48,857 bases of DNA, taken from IMG/VR virus record IMGVR_UViG_3300011443_000006, positions 1 to 48,857 of that record; one strand, 5' to 3'. A model generated the notes under the pieces. That model worked only from the letters and a program-made list of their open reading frames with translations, searched no databases and was not told the DNA's origin. Positions 27,239 to 35,260 of this stretch are shown here, piece after piece. Positions within the stretch are counted from its first letter, which is position 1; every line of letters begins with the position of its first letter. This stretch comes from a virus (Duplodnaviria; Caudoviricetes). The position numbers were made by a program, and so were the translations under genes.

Positions 27239-27538
27239 ATTAAGCTCACTATCGAACTCGCGCGAGCGGCCGGATCGGATGCGGCGAATAGACAAATGCG
27301 CGCGGCTGGCCGGACAGCATGGAACGCGGTCGACTATCGGCTGGCAGCTCGCACGATGGCCGACCTGATTCCGTCCATTGTCCCGGAACAGGTAGAGAAC
27401 CGCGTCACGACAGCAACCTATCCGACGCATGAACGGCTGTTCGCCATGATGCCATTGAAAGGGGAACTATATAGGCCCATGCCGAGACGGTGGCTAAATT
27501 CGGCACGATCACGGCCGACAACATTGACGCGGCGCTGA
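27239..27538 (+). CDS. Early hypothetical protein, probable ATT start (track start 27296)
   Basis: AGGAG RBS 10 nt before an in-frame ATT; the ARAAGSDAANRQMRAAGRTAWN motif begins before the ATG. Confidence 0.55.
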   Translation: MKLTIELARAAGSDAANRQMRAAGRTAWNAVDYRLAARTMADLIPSIVPEQVENRVTTATYPTHERLFAMMPLKGELYRPMPRRWLNSARSRPTTLTRR

Positions 27539-27579
27539 GGTTTCAGGAACAGAGAACCGCCGAACTGGAGAGTAGCTAG

Positions 27580-27807
27580 ATGCCCGAATCTCCCCATTGG
27601 AAGCGCGCCGAGCAGTTGATTGCCGACTGCGAGATCGGCCCGAACTGTGCGATTTGCAAGACGCTGCGCGGGCTGCTCGATGAGCGGCTGTCTGTGCGTC
27701 AACAGGCTGTGCGCGAAACCATCGAATCGCTGGGTGATAAAGGGTGGTTGGAGCCTGATGATGCCGCCGCCGTGTTGGCGACCCTGACAGTAGGCTTGAA
27801 TCAGTAA
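27580..27807 (+). CDS. Early hypothetical protein with Cys cluster
   Basis: GGAG RBS; C....C..C. Confidence 0.6.
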   Translation: MPESPHWKRAEQLIADCEIGPNCAICKTLRGLLDERLSVRQQAVRETIESLGDKGWLEPDDAAAVLATLTVGLNQ

Positions 27808-28007
27808 TGGCCTGCCACGTTTGCCTGCGATCGGATGTTCAGAAGCAACCACGCAGCGGGAAAAAGCACTTCCCGCATAGGTGCCCGCACGGCGTGTGGT
27901 GCGTGACAGGAGACAGGCTCCTTGGGCACCACGCGAACAACGTGCCAGTGGCAGGCAAGAATCACTGCGGGGAATGCGCTGCCATTCACCGCGCGCGGGC
28001 GAAGTGA
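27807..28007 (+). CDS. Small Cys/His-rich zinc-binding protein
   Basis: CxxC, CPHG..C, CxxC; TAATG coupling. Confidence 0.55.
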   Translation: MACHVCLRSDVQKQPRSGKKHFPHRCPHGVWCVTGDRLLGHHANNVPVAGKNHCGECAAIHRARAK

Positions 28008-28231
28008 CCACAAAGAACCCTCACGCGGTCGCACTCGGCAAACTGGGGGGCGCGGTCCGCTCCCCAGCCAAAACCGCAGCCGTCACTCAGAATAGTCGGA
28101 TGCCTCGAAGGTACCGCCTTGCCGACAATGGGGGCGTGGAAAAGCGTGTGGATGGCGCGTGGCTCCGCTGGAGCCTAGATGATAGGGACGTGCGGCGGTT
28201 TCTCAAACGTCAGTCGGTGCGGGAGCCCTGA
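28004..28231 (+). CDS. Small basic protein with KNPHAVALGKLGG motif
   Basis: GTGA overlap; motif common in small phage/prophage basic proteins. Confidence 0.6.
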   Translation: MTTKNPHAVALGKLGGAVRSPAKTAAVTQNSRMPRRYRLADNGGVEKRVDGAWLRWSLDDRDVRRFLKRQSVREP

Positions 28232-28376
28232 GAGCGCCGCGCCTCACCGGTGCATCGGCACGGCCCTTGGCAATCCATTGGGCATGGTCCATTGTCGTAG
28301 TCGCTCAGTTTCACGTCGCAGTGCCAGCAGTCGTCACCACGCCATACGTGCAAGCCAAGCCAGCACAGGAGTTGCC

Positions 28377-28499
28377 TCATTTTAGCGTCTCCAGTAACTT
28401 TAGTTCGCCGTACCGCTTCTCCTCCTTCTTACTGGCAAACCGAATCCCGTCCACCTCGGTCGGAATGGCGCCGTACTTGTGCCACTTGGCGTGTCTCAC
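28377..28499 (-). pseudogene. Truncated second copy of the DUF1064 gene
   Basis: 40 aa nearly identical to the N-terminus of 29980..30336, then stop. Confidence 0.75.
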
Positions 28500-28600
28500 C
28501 GCGTGAACAGCCACAAAAGGCCGTAGCCTACAACTGCCAGCACCACAACTAAGCCAGCCGGCGCAGACCACCAGTCATACAACTCGTCAAGTAGTCGCAT
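28496..28600 (-). CDS. Small single-TM protein
   Basis: MRLLDELYDWWSAPAGLVVVLAVVGYGLLWLFTR; coupled on both sides. Confidence 0.55.
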   Translation of the reverse strand: MRLLDELYDWWSAPAGLVVVLAVVGYGLLWLFTR

Positions 28601-28635
28601 CACTCCCTCGCCTTCGCTGGTGTATCGCTCATGGC

Positions 28636-29043
28636 TTAATCCTTTCTCGCGAGCAGGGCCACCGAAAGCTGATCTAGCCTGTCGGCCCACTCTGTCGCCT
28701 CAGATCGAGCGATTAAGGGAGGGCTGCTGCACCTCTCGCGCATCTCCGCGATCACTGCTCGCAGGATGGCCGCTGTTTCGTCTGGCTGGGCCGAGATCGC
28801 GATCTGCTTCGCCCAGAGCGCCATCGTGTCCTCTAGCTCCTGCCCGCTGAATCCGTGGCCCTGTAGCTTCTGACGGATTACTGTCTCGTCTGGCTGGGCC
28901 GGAGGGGCGAAGATCGATGTGCTCCTGTCGGCCTTGCCTATGCCGGCTGTCTCGTCTGGTGATGGGGGTGGGGCCGCGCAGCCGCAGTTCATGTGCCCGC
29001 ACGCGCATTCGTACATTTCGCCGGGCTTCGGTGTCTTGCTCAT
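28636..29043 (-). CDS. Hypothetical protein with PDET repeats
   Basis: CACGH..CGC; three (S/Q)PDET repeats. Confidence 0.55.
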   Translation of the reverse strand: MSKTPKPGEMYECACGHMNCGCAAPPPSPDETAGIGKADRSTSIFAPPAQPDETVIRQKLQGHGFSGQELEDTMALWAKQIAISAQPDETAAILRAVIAEMRERCSSPPLIARSEATEWADRLDQLSVALLARKD

Positions 29044-29142
29044 GGGGTGCAAGCCTCAGACAGATAAAGACTTCACGCGCGTGGTAGGGACAGCCTTATC
29101 CGAAGGCCGCCCCCTACCGCATCGACGGACAAAGCCGGCCCA

Positions 29143-29283
29143 CTACCGGACGTATCCCCTCCAGATGTCCGCCCAGAGCAGCGGCGCAAGGATCAGAATC
29201 ACGGCGGCGGCAAAGGCGACGATCGCCCCAATGCCACACACCACTAGGACCGATCCCAACACCCGCGCAAGAGTATCGACCAT
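29143..29283 (-). CDS. Small hydrophobic membrane protein (46 aa, not in ORF track)
   Basis: MVDTLARVLGSVLVVCGIGAIVAFAAAVILILAPLLWADIWRGYVR; ATG directly after upstream stop. Confidence 0.45.
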   Translation of the reverse strand: MVDTLARVLGSVLVVCGIGAIVAFAAAVILILAPLLWADIWRGYVR

Positions 29284-29970
29284 CTAGTGATTCCCTCGCC
29301 CACCACCCACTACTTCATCATGTCCGCCGCCTGAGTTGCCGGGGTTACAGCCTTCCGCGCCATTCCCGCCGCCAGCATTGCAGCCACCTGCAATCGGATC
29401 GGGCTCGTCGCCTTCAGGTTCCTCAACCGGAGGCACGAACGGAGGCGGTACGAACGTCACACCAGCACTACCTACCGAGAAATCAGCAAACTTTGACCAT
29501 TCGCCCACCGCCACCGCGAGCCCGCACTTGAGACGCCTGGTTCGATACTTATAGATGCCGTCTTCGGGCAACACTTCTGTTGTATAGGACGGGAACGGCA
29601 TCACGCCATCGCCAATCTCAAATTGTGAATACCTGGTATACACCACCGGGCCAGTGGTGGATCGCTTCCACACTTCGCCCTCAGCCTTCGAGGTGCCGCG
29701 CCCATATCGGGCCACGTAGTCGATCAATCCCCCGTGGCCGTTGGCCTGGGTCACAATCGGGGTATCGCTGGCACACTGGATGCCAACCGAGCCGAGTGGA
29801 GCCCGGTCGGACTCACGGGCCGTGGAGATGCGCGGCGAGCCCGTCAGCGGGTTTATAGCGCCTCCAGGCGCTAGGGTAGACGAGGGGCCAGTCGGGTTGG
29901 GTGAGTCGCTACAGGCGGCTACCAGGGCCAGGAGTAGAGCAATAGAGAACCGGGCGATCATGTTCGTCAT
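29284..29970 (-). CDS. Lipoprotein with FN3-like domain and Gly/Asn-rich tail
   Basis: Lipobox LVAAC-SDSP; AAGGA RBS; Y.YR.R..GEWS; C-terminal GCNAGGGNGAEGCNPGNS. Confidence 0.7.
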   Translation of the reverse strand: MTNMIARFSIALLLALVAACSDSPNPTGPSSTLAPGGAINPLTGSPRISTARESDRAPLGSVGIQCASDTPIVTQANGHGGLIDYVARYGRGTSKAEGEVWKRSTTGPVVYTRYSQFEIGDGVMPFPSYTTEVLPEDGIYKYRTRRLKCGLAVAVGEWSKFADFSVGSAGVTFVPPPFVPPVEEPEGDEPDPIAGGCNAGGGNGAEGCNPGNSGGGHDEVVGGGRGNH

Positions 29971-29979
29971 TGTGTCCTT

Positions 29980-30336
29980 TCAGATTTCCGTGATGGTGAT
30001 TCCGTACTGCGCTTCCACGTGTTTCTTCTTCCAACGATAGAGCGGGGTCTTAAAGCCTTTTACGTCCTCCACGACCACCAGGTCCAAGATCGGCCGATAC
30101 CCTGGGACCACGTATCGAAAGTCCGCCCGATAGACGCCAATAGGCTTTGGGCTGTGGGCCTTCCCGGTAGACGTCCACAGCTCAAACTCTGGCTGTAGCT
30201 CCAGGCCGATAATCTCGCTAGCCTTCTCCAGCAGCTTCAATTCGCCGTACCGCTTCGCCTCCTTCTTGCTGGCGAACCGAATGCCGTCCACCTCGGTCGG
30301 AATGGCGCCGTACTTGTGTCGCTTGGCGTGTCTCAC
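29980..30336 (-). CDS. DUF1064 family PD-(D/E)xK nuclease (resolvase-like)
   Basis: KYGA..TEVDGIRFASKKEA.RY.EL, LQPEF, YRADF.Y, VVEDVKG..T..Y..KKK. Confidence 0.85.
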   Translation of the reverse strand: MRHAKRHKYGAIPTEVDGIRFASKKEAKRYGELKLLEKASEIIGLELQPEFELWTSTGKAHSPKPIGVYRADFRYVVPGYRPILDLVVVEDVKGFKTPLYRWKKKHVEAQYGITITEI

Positions 30337-30533
30337 TCCCTCGCCTTCGCCGCCAGCCGGCCGATCCATTCCACAACCGCGCGGAGTTCTTCTCTCTGGC
30401 CTTTCTGCTCAAGCGCCTCAACTGCCAGGCAATGTCGGCACCGCCGCCAGGCATGCTCGTCGCCATCAAGCCCATCACACTCAGCCGCAAGCGACTTCAG
30501 GAGCGCCACGCCCTTATCCCGCAGCTTTGTCAC
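30333..30533 (-). CDS. Small hypothetical protein (cassette ending AKARE)
   Basis: MTKLRDKG..CRHC..LAAKARE; coupled on both sides. Confidence 0.55.
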   Translation of the reverse strand: MTKLRDKGVALLKSLAAECDGLDGDEHAWRRCRHCLAVEALEQKGQREELRAVVEWIGRLAAKARE

Positions 30534-30823
30534 TACTCCCTCGCCTTCACTGGTGTCCGACTCGCCGCCGCACGGACTTCGGCAATGAACGCGTCTTCGG
30601 CGCCTGACCAACCGCCAATCGAGACGCCGAATGGGTTGAGAACCATGATCGCGATGATGTCGCGGTGGACGACACGCGCGTGCCACGGTGAGACGTCGTC
30701 TCGCCGCTCGCTGGTCCCGTTTACAGTGATGTCCCACGGCCCAACACTGAACGACCGAAACCCAATCGGGACCCAGCCCTGAGCCATCGCGTAATCGGCC
30801 AGCACGCTAAATGCTTCGCTCAC
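30533..30823 (-). CDS. Hypothetical protein (cassette ending AAASRTPVKARE)
   Basis: Start MSEAFSVLADYA, coupled on both sides. Confidence 0.6.
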   Translation of the reverse strand: MSEAFSVLADYAMAQGWVPIGFRSFSVGPWDITVNGTSERRDDVSPWHARVVHRDIIAIMVLNPFGVSIGGWSGAEDAFIAEVRAAASRTPVKARE

Positions 30824-30960
30824 TCTCGCCCCTTCGCTGGTGTCCGACTCGCCGCCGCCTGCTCGTCCTGCATCGCCATATCGCGCGCCGCTTTCAGTTC
30901 CTTGACGGCAAACTCGTAGAGCTTTAACGCGGCCTCGAGTCGTTCGATGGCTGGCGACAT
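30820..30960 (-). CDS. Small helical protein (cassette ending AAASRTPAKGRE; not in ORF track)
   Basis: MSPAIERLEAALKLYEFAVKELK..; TGATG-coupled to dnaB, GGAGG RBS. Confidence 0.55.
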   Translation of the reverse strand: MSPAIERLEAALKLYEFAVKELKAARDMAMQDEQAAASRTPAKGRE

Positions 30961-32267
30961 CACGCCACCTCCAGAAATCGGTACTGTTCACCGCGCCACC
31001 GTAGATCGACCTTACCGATCGGGCCGTTGCGTTGCTTCGCAATCAGGAGTTCAGTCGGTGGCACTTCAGACACGGCGCCTTCTGGCTGTGGCGGGCGATA
31101 CAGCAACAAGGCGACGTCGCAATCTTGCTCAAGGCTCCCGCTTTCGCGGAGGTCGGAGAGCTTCGGCCGCTGCTCTGCGCGTTGCTCCACCGCTCGGGAC
31201 AGTTGGCACAGCGCCAACACAGGCACCTGCAACTCTCGAGCAATCAGCTTCAGCGTCCGCCCAGTTGTTGCCACTTGCTGCTCTCGCGAGTCGGCTTTCT
31301 GGTGCTGCATCAACTGGAGATAGTCCACGATGATTAGCCCCAACCCGTGCCGTGCCTTCATACGCCGCGCCTTGCTCCGCAACTGCAACGCACTGAGCGA
31401 CCCCGACTCGTCAATCCACAACTGCCGCGCCTCGAGCGTGGAGAACGCCGCCCCCACCCGTTGCATTTCGTGCTTTGGTAATTGGCCGGCTTGCAGGAGG
31501 TGCCCGTCCACTTGGGCCAGTGATGCCAACAGCCGGAAACCTTGCTCCTGCTCGCTCATCTCGATGCTGAAGAACGCCACAGGCACCGACTGGGCCGCGT
31601 GGAGCGCCATCTGCGCGGCGAGCGATGACTTGCCCTGGCTAGGACGGGCCCCCAAGATAATTAGGTTCCCAGGCTGAAGTCCGCGCGTCAGGTTGTCGAG
31701 CTGTTCAAAGCCGGTAGACAGCCCCGTCACCGGCCGGCGGGCCGTGGAGATGGCCTCGAGCACCGGATACAGCCGCCGGGTGAGTTCCACCGATGGCGCC
31801 AAGTCCCCAGGCACCACAGCCCCAGAAATCTCGAGCAGCCCGCGCTCCGCTTCGTCCACCAGCGATGGCGCATCCTGGTCCGCCGCGTAGGCTGACACCA
31901 GCAACCGATCCGCTAGAGAAATCACCGCCCGAAACGACGCCTTTTCGCTGATAATGCGCGCGTAGTACGCGATGTTCGTAGACCGCGGGACACCATCCGC
32001 CAGCCCCGACACGTAGCCCACACCGCCCACGGCCTCGAGCGCGTCCGCCTTGCGAAGTTCCTCCATCAGCGTGACGAGGTCGATCGCCTCTCCCCGGCCG
32101 TAGAGCGCCAGCATGGCCGTAAAAATCCGCTGGTGGGCGTTGGTGTAGAACACGGCCGGTGAGAGCTTGTCGGCCACGTCATCCAGCGCCTTGCCGAATG
32201 ACGCAATGACCGCCCCGAGTAGTGACCGCTCGGCCTCTAGGTTGTGGGGCTGCGACTTGTCCGTCAT
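30960..32267 (-). CDS. dnaB: Replicative DNA helicase DnaB
   Basis: PHNLEAERSLLG, GARPSQGKS, FFSIEM, IIVDYLQL, LSDLRESGSLEQD, IAKQRNGP. Confidence 0.97.
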   Translation of the reverse strand: MTDKSQPHNLEAERSLLGAVIASFGKALDDVADKLSPAVFYTNAHQRIFTAMLALYGRGEAIDLVTLMEELRKADALEAVGGVGYVSGLADGVPRSTNIAYYARIISEKASFRAVISLADRLLVSAYAADQDAPSLVDEAERGLLEISGAVVPGDLAPSVELTRRLYPVLEAISTARRPVTGLSTGFEQLDNLTRGLQPGNLIILGARPSQGKSSLAAQMALHAAQSVPVAFFSIEMSEQEQGFRLLASLAQVDGHLLQAGQLPKHEMQRVGAAFSTLEARQLWIDESGSLSALQLRSKARRMKARHGLGLIIVDYLQLMQHQKADSREQQVATTGRTLKLIARELQVPVLALCQLSRAVEQRAEQRPKLSDLRESGSLEQDCDVALLLYRPPQPEGAVSEVPPTELLIAKQRNGPIGKVDLRWRGEQYRFLEVA

Positions 32268-33052
32268 CCCGGCTCCTGCCCGAACTTCAGGTTGCCGTAC
32301 CGCTGCGCTGTGGCCGCGTACTGGGCCTCCAGCGGGTCAGCCGTGGGGGCCGGCTTGGGAAACCCGCGCGGACGGTCTACCGCCCGCCCCAGCCACGACA
32401 CGAGGAATTTCGGCATGCCCTTGGCCGTCTTCCGTTGATTGGCGTTGACCCACACCAGCGCGCGCCGGCATTCGGCCTCGATGTCCACGCCTGGGAAGGC
32501 CGTGCGCCACTCCGCGATGCGGGCCTCTGTCAGTGCCCACTCGGGCGCCTTGGGGTCGCCAATAACGGGAAAGACCACGACAGCCGGCGACGAGTCGCGA
32601 AGCGGCTCGGGGCTATCTTTTATTGACGTAGTCTGAGAAGAGACAAGATAAGAAGAGATAAGAGCATTGCCAAGGCTTGGCTGTTGCGAATGCGTTGGCA
32701 ATGCCATGGCATTGCCGGGCCTCGGCCATCGCTTGAATGCCGTGTCTGTTTGGCGCTGTCGATAGTCGGCTTGCTTCTTCCGCTCCTTCTCCAGCCGGGC
32801 GTGGATCCACCGCCCATCTTCCCGCTGCTTGAAGCATTTGGAGATAGCCGGCCAGAACTTCGACATCTGGTTAGGCGTGGCGCCACACAAGACAGCCAGC
32901 GCAGGGACGTCGTCAGGGAGTGACCCGTTGACCCAGCATCGGCACAGCAGCCGGATATACGCACCTGTCTCTGGGAGCGACATCAGGGACTGGCCTTCGT
33001 CGCCGATGTAGTCGTTGGGGTAGAACTGAAAGGCCGGGGACTTCACCGCCAT
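32264..33052 (-). CDS. DUF1376/YdaU-family replication initiator-like protein
   Basis: PAFQFYPNDY..MS..E.GAYIRLL...W..GSLP..; C-terminal FLVSWL.R; directly upstream of dnaB. Confidence 0.85.
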   Translation of the reverse strand: MAVKSPAFQFYPNDYIGDEGQSLMSLPETGAYIRLLCRCWVNGSLPDDVPALAVLCGATPNQMSKFWPAISKCFKQREDGRWIHARLEKERKKQADYRQRQTDTAFKRWPRPGNAMALPTHSQQPSLGNALISSYLVSSQTTSIKDSPEPLRDSSPAVVVFPVIGDPKAPEWALTEARIAEWRTAFPGVDIEAECRRALVWVNANQRKTAKGMPKFLVSWLGRAVDRPRGFPKPAPTADPLEAQYAATAQRYGNLKFGQEPG

Positions 33053-33207
33053 CAGCGCAAACCCGTAGCGCAGGAAGGGGAACTAGCGGTACACTTACAA
33101 CTCGGGGTCGTCATGCCTTCGCAGCTCCTATGCTTCTGCGGGGTCGTGATTCGGGCGGCGCCAAACCGCCCGACCCCAATTTTCGCACCTCGCATATGGT
33201 AAGTCAA
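33052..33207 (-). promoter_or_regulatory. Structured leader with a 20-codon leader peptide (33114-33052) coupled to the initiator
   Basis: TTGACT-17-GAAAAT; hairpins; AGGAG in a loop; TGATG overlap with the initiator ATG. Confidence 0.45.
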
Positions 33208-33211
33208 TCAC

Positions 33212-33826
33212 TTACTGCGAGTGCTCGACGGCGCGGTACTCAGAAACTTTGCCGTGAACCGCATCGGGGCGCCAGCGCCACTCGATGGTCATGCCCAGCT
33301 CTTTCCGGCAATCGCTCCACGTCCTGCCGCGCACTACGTCTCGAAGTGTTGCCCGGGCGCAGCCTGTCCGGCGAGACAGCGACGACAACGTCTCTCCGTT
33401 GGCGTAGCAGCTTCGGATCACGGCAACCAGGTCGGTGTTGAGCTTTGCCTTGTGGTTGTCTGCGCCGTATTTGGGGGCCGGGTGCTTGATCCTCCCCTTA
33501 TTCGCCGCATCTCGCATGTTGTCTTTTTGCGTGCCCACAAATAAGTGGTGAGGGTTGACGCACTTGGGATTGTCGCAACGGTGGCACACGAACATGCCGG
33601 CCTCCGGCCATTCGCCGGTAGCCAACCAGAGCGACAGCGCAGTCGCGCTATAAAACCGCTTCTGGTGCTTAAACCTTCCGTAGCCGACGCCGCTATACGC
33701 CCCGTTCCACAGCCAGCACTCGTCTGGCTCGCCCTTAATCGTTCTAGCCCAGAAGGCTTCGTCCAGAGGTAGACCGATGAACATCGGACGCCTTCGCCTT
33801 AGTTCGTCAGGGACTATTTTCGCCAT
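33212..33826 (-). CDS. HNH homing endonuclease with C-terminal HTH
   Basis: CWLWNGA..GYG, VCHRCDNPKCVNPHHLFVGT..DN..D, AKL..V..IR. Confidence 0.9.
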   Translation of the reverse strand: MAKIVPDELRRRRPMFIGLPLDEAFWARTIKGEPDECWLWNGAYSGVGYGRFKHQKRFYSATALSLWLATGEWPEAGMFVCHRCDNPKCVNPHHLFVGTQKDNMRDAANKGRIKHPAPKYGADNHKAKLNTDLVAVIRSCYANGETLSSLSRRTGCARATLRDVVRGRTWSDCRKELGMTIEWRWRPDAVHGKVSEYRAVEHSQ

Positions 33827-34330
33827 CTACTTCTCCGCTGGCCGCATCACGATCACCACACTGGGGAACGGTGCGGAGTTTTTTGAGTTGCCAAACTTCA
33901 GCCGGCCTTTGATGTAGCGAATCTCGATGCCTGGGCGTGGCCGGTGCTTCTCGTTGTCCCAGACGTGGGCGTGCCACCACTTGGTATCTGTTCGCGAGGG
34001 AACCAGGGCGACGACTGTTGCCCCATCAGAAACCTCTCTAGCCGCGTGCTGGACGAACTCGCGCACTCGGGAATAGGGAGGGTTCATCCAGCAGACAGCA
34101 GGCCGCATAGACGACGCCAGCCACGTCCACCGGCATTCCATGGCATCAGTGCGATCGCCGCGCCCCCTGTCTGGGCCGATATAGTTCTCTTTCAGGCAGT
34201 TGTCGCGCGTGGCTGCCACGTCAAGGTCAAAGCCAAATTCAGCATCAAGGGCGCAGAAAACATCCAGCGGAGTCGCCCACTCGTCAGACGCCTTGCTGAA
34301 CAGTGGCGCCAACTTTGACGGCCGCTCCAT
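33827..34330 (-). CDS. dam: Phage DNA N6-adenine methyltransferase (Dam-like; start uncertain, frame open to 34447)
   Basis: EWATP, F.FDLDVAA, WMNPPYS, LVPSRTDT.WWH, GRLKF, APFPS. Confidence 0.9.
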   Translation of the reverse strand: MERPSKLAPLFSKASDEWATPLDVFCALDAEFGFDLDVAATRDNCLKENYIGPDRGRGDRTDAMECRWTWLASSMRPAVCWMNPPYSRVREFVQHAAREVSDGATVVALVPSRTDTKWWHAHVWDNEKHRPRPGIEIRYIKGRLKFGNSKNSAPFPSVVIVMRPAEK

Positions 34331-34428
34331 CGCGCCAACCTCAACGAGCGTCTTCTCGTCATAGCTGAGCCCATCATGGACCCGTGGGGGCAACACGCGC
34401 CCGCCCATCGTCCTGCGCGTTTCTTCGA

Positions 34429-34779
34429 TCACAGCGCAATCCTCCACGCCCCATCCATGCCATCGTCGCCAATCACAATCCCGAACCGATGCGCGTCATA
34501 GGCTGCATGGTGTTTCTTGCAGGCCATGAAACTGAATCGCCTGTCGTGTCTGTAGACCACCGACATCCCTCGAGTCTTGGACCGCCGCCGTGCGTAGTGA
34601 TGTGCCCACTCCGATGGCCCTCGGCACTCCCCGATAAACTCTTGCCAGACGCCCAGCGCGCAATGCTGGTCCCTCTCCACACACGCAGCCCGCACAGACT
34701 TAATCCGCGCGCTCGCATCCCGCTTCTTCTTGGCATTGATGGTTTTCCTGGTCTTGCCCTTGGGCTGTGGCCGGATCAT
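34429..34779 (-). CDS. Basic Cys/His protein (HNH/NinG-like)
   Basis: VERD..C..C.G..EWAH..C..HH..YD. Confidence 0.5.
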   Translation of the reverse strand: MIRPQPKGKTRKTINAKKKRDASARIKSVRAACVERDQHCALGVWQEFIGECRGPSEWAHHYARRRSKTRGMSVVYRHDRRFSFMACKKHHAAYDAHRFGIVIGDDGMDGAWRIAL

Positions 34780-34970
34780 TCGGGCGCCTTCGGCTTGAAC
34801 CACGCCCCGGCAGTCCCGCATTTCTCCTTGAGGCCGCGTAGGTAAACAGGCCGTATGTCGTAGGTCGTGCCGCCCCAGACCAGATCGATGCTGACATTGT
34901 CCGGGTGATGGCATTCGTGCTCATAGCCCTCAACGAAGTAATGGCAGTCCTTGCACAGATTGGGCGTCAT
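34776..34970 (-). CDS. Small Cys-rich protein
   Basis: LCKDCHYF..ECHHP..R..CG..GAWF.PK. Confidence 0.6.
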   Translation of the reverse strand: MTPNLCKDCHYFVEGYEHECHHPDNVSIDLVWGGTTYDIRPVYLRGLKEKCGTAGAWFKPKAPE

Positions 34971-35260
34971 GCCGACCTCAGGAGACGCAGCCGCCGAGAC
35001 GTGCCACTCTTGCCGCTGTGCCCGTGCCGCGAACACGTCCGAAACCCCCACCGAGCCTCAGCGCCGCACGCGCATTTACGGTTCCGCCGCTGGGCCTTGA
35101 GCGCCGCCAGCGTCCGCGCCCATTTCCGTAACTGTTCCCGCGAGGGTTCTTCATCGCCGCCAGCCACCGCGAGCATGGATGACGTGCAGTGAATATGCTC
35201 GCTCACGAGCGACTTTTTGGCGTTCGGGCCAGTGAAGTAGGTTGATGGGTAGACAGTCAT
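34967..35260 (-). CDS. Hypothetical zinc-finger protein
   Basis: C.CG..C..H; ATGA coupling. Confidence 0.5.
   Translation of the reverse strand: MTVYPSTYFTGPNAKKSLVSEHIHCTSSMLAVAGGDEEPSREQLRKWARTLAALKAQRRNRKCACGAEARWGFRTCSRHGHSGKSGTSRRLRLLRSA

Larger units (their letters stand above)
28600..30857 (-). repeat. Dispersed gene-junction repeat encoding ..KARE/KGRE-stop overlapping the next start (copies near 28600, 30333, 30531, 30820)
   Basis: Consensus (CGGCGGCGAGTCGG)ACACCAGyGAAGGsGmGrGAGTr(A/G). Confidence 0.8.

Noticed and set aside
28770-28960. Repeated GTCTCGTCTGG-like motif as iterons
   Set aside because: It coincides with in-frame PDET peptide repeats and is far from the initiator gene.
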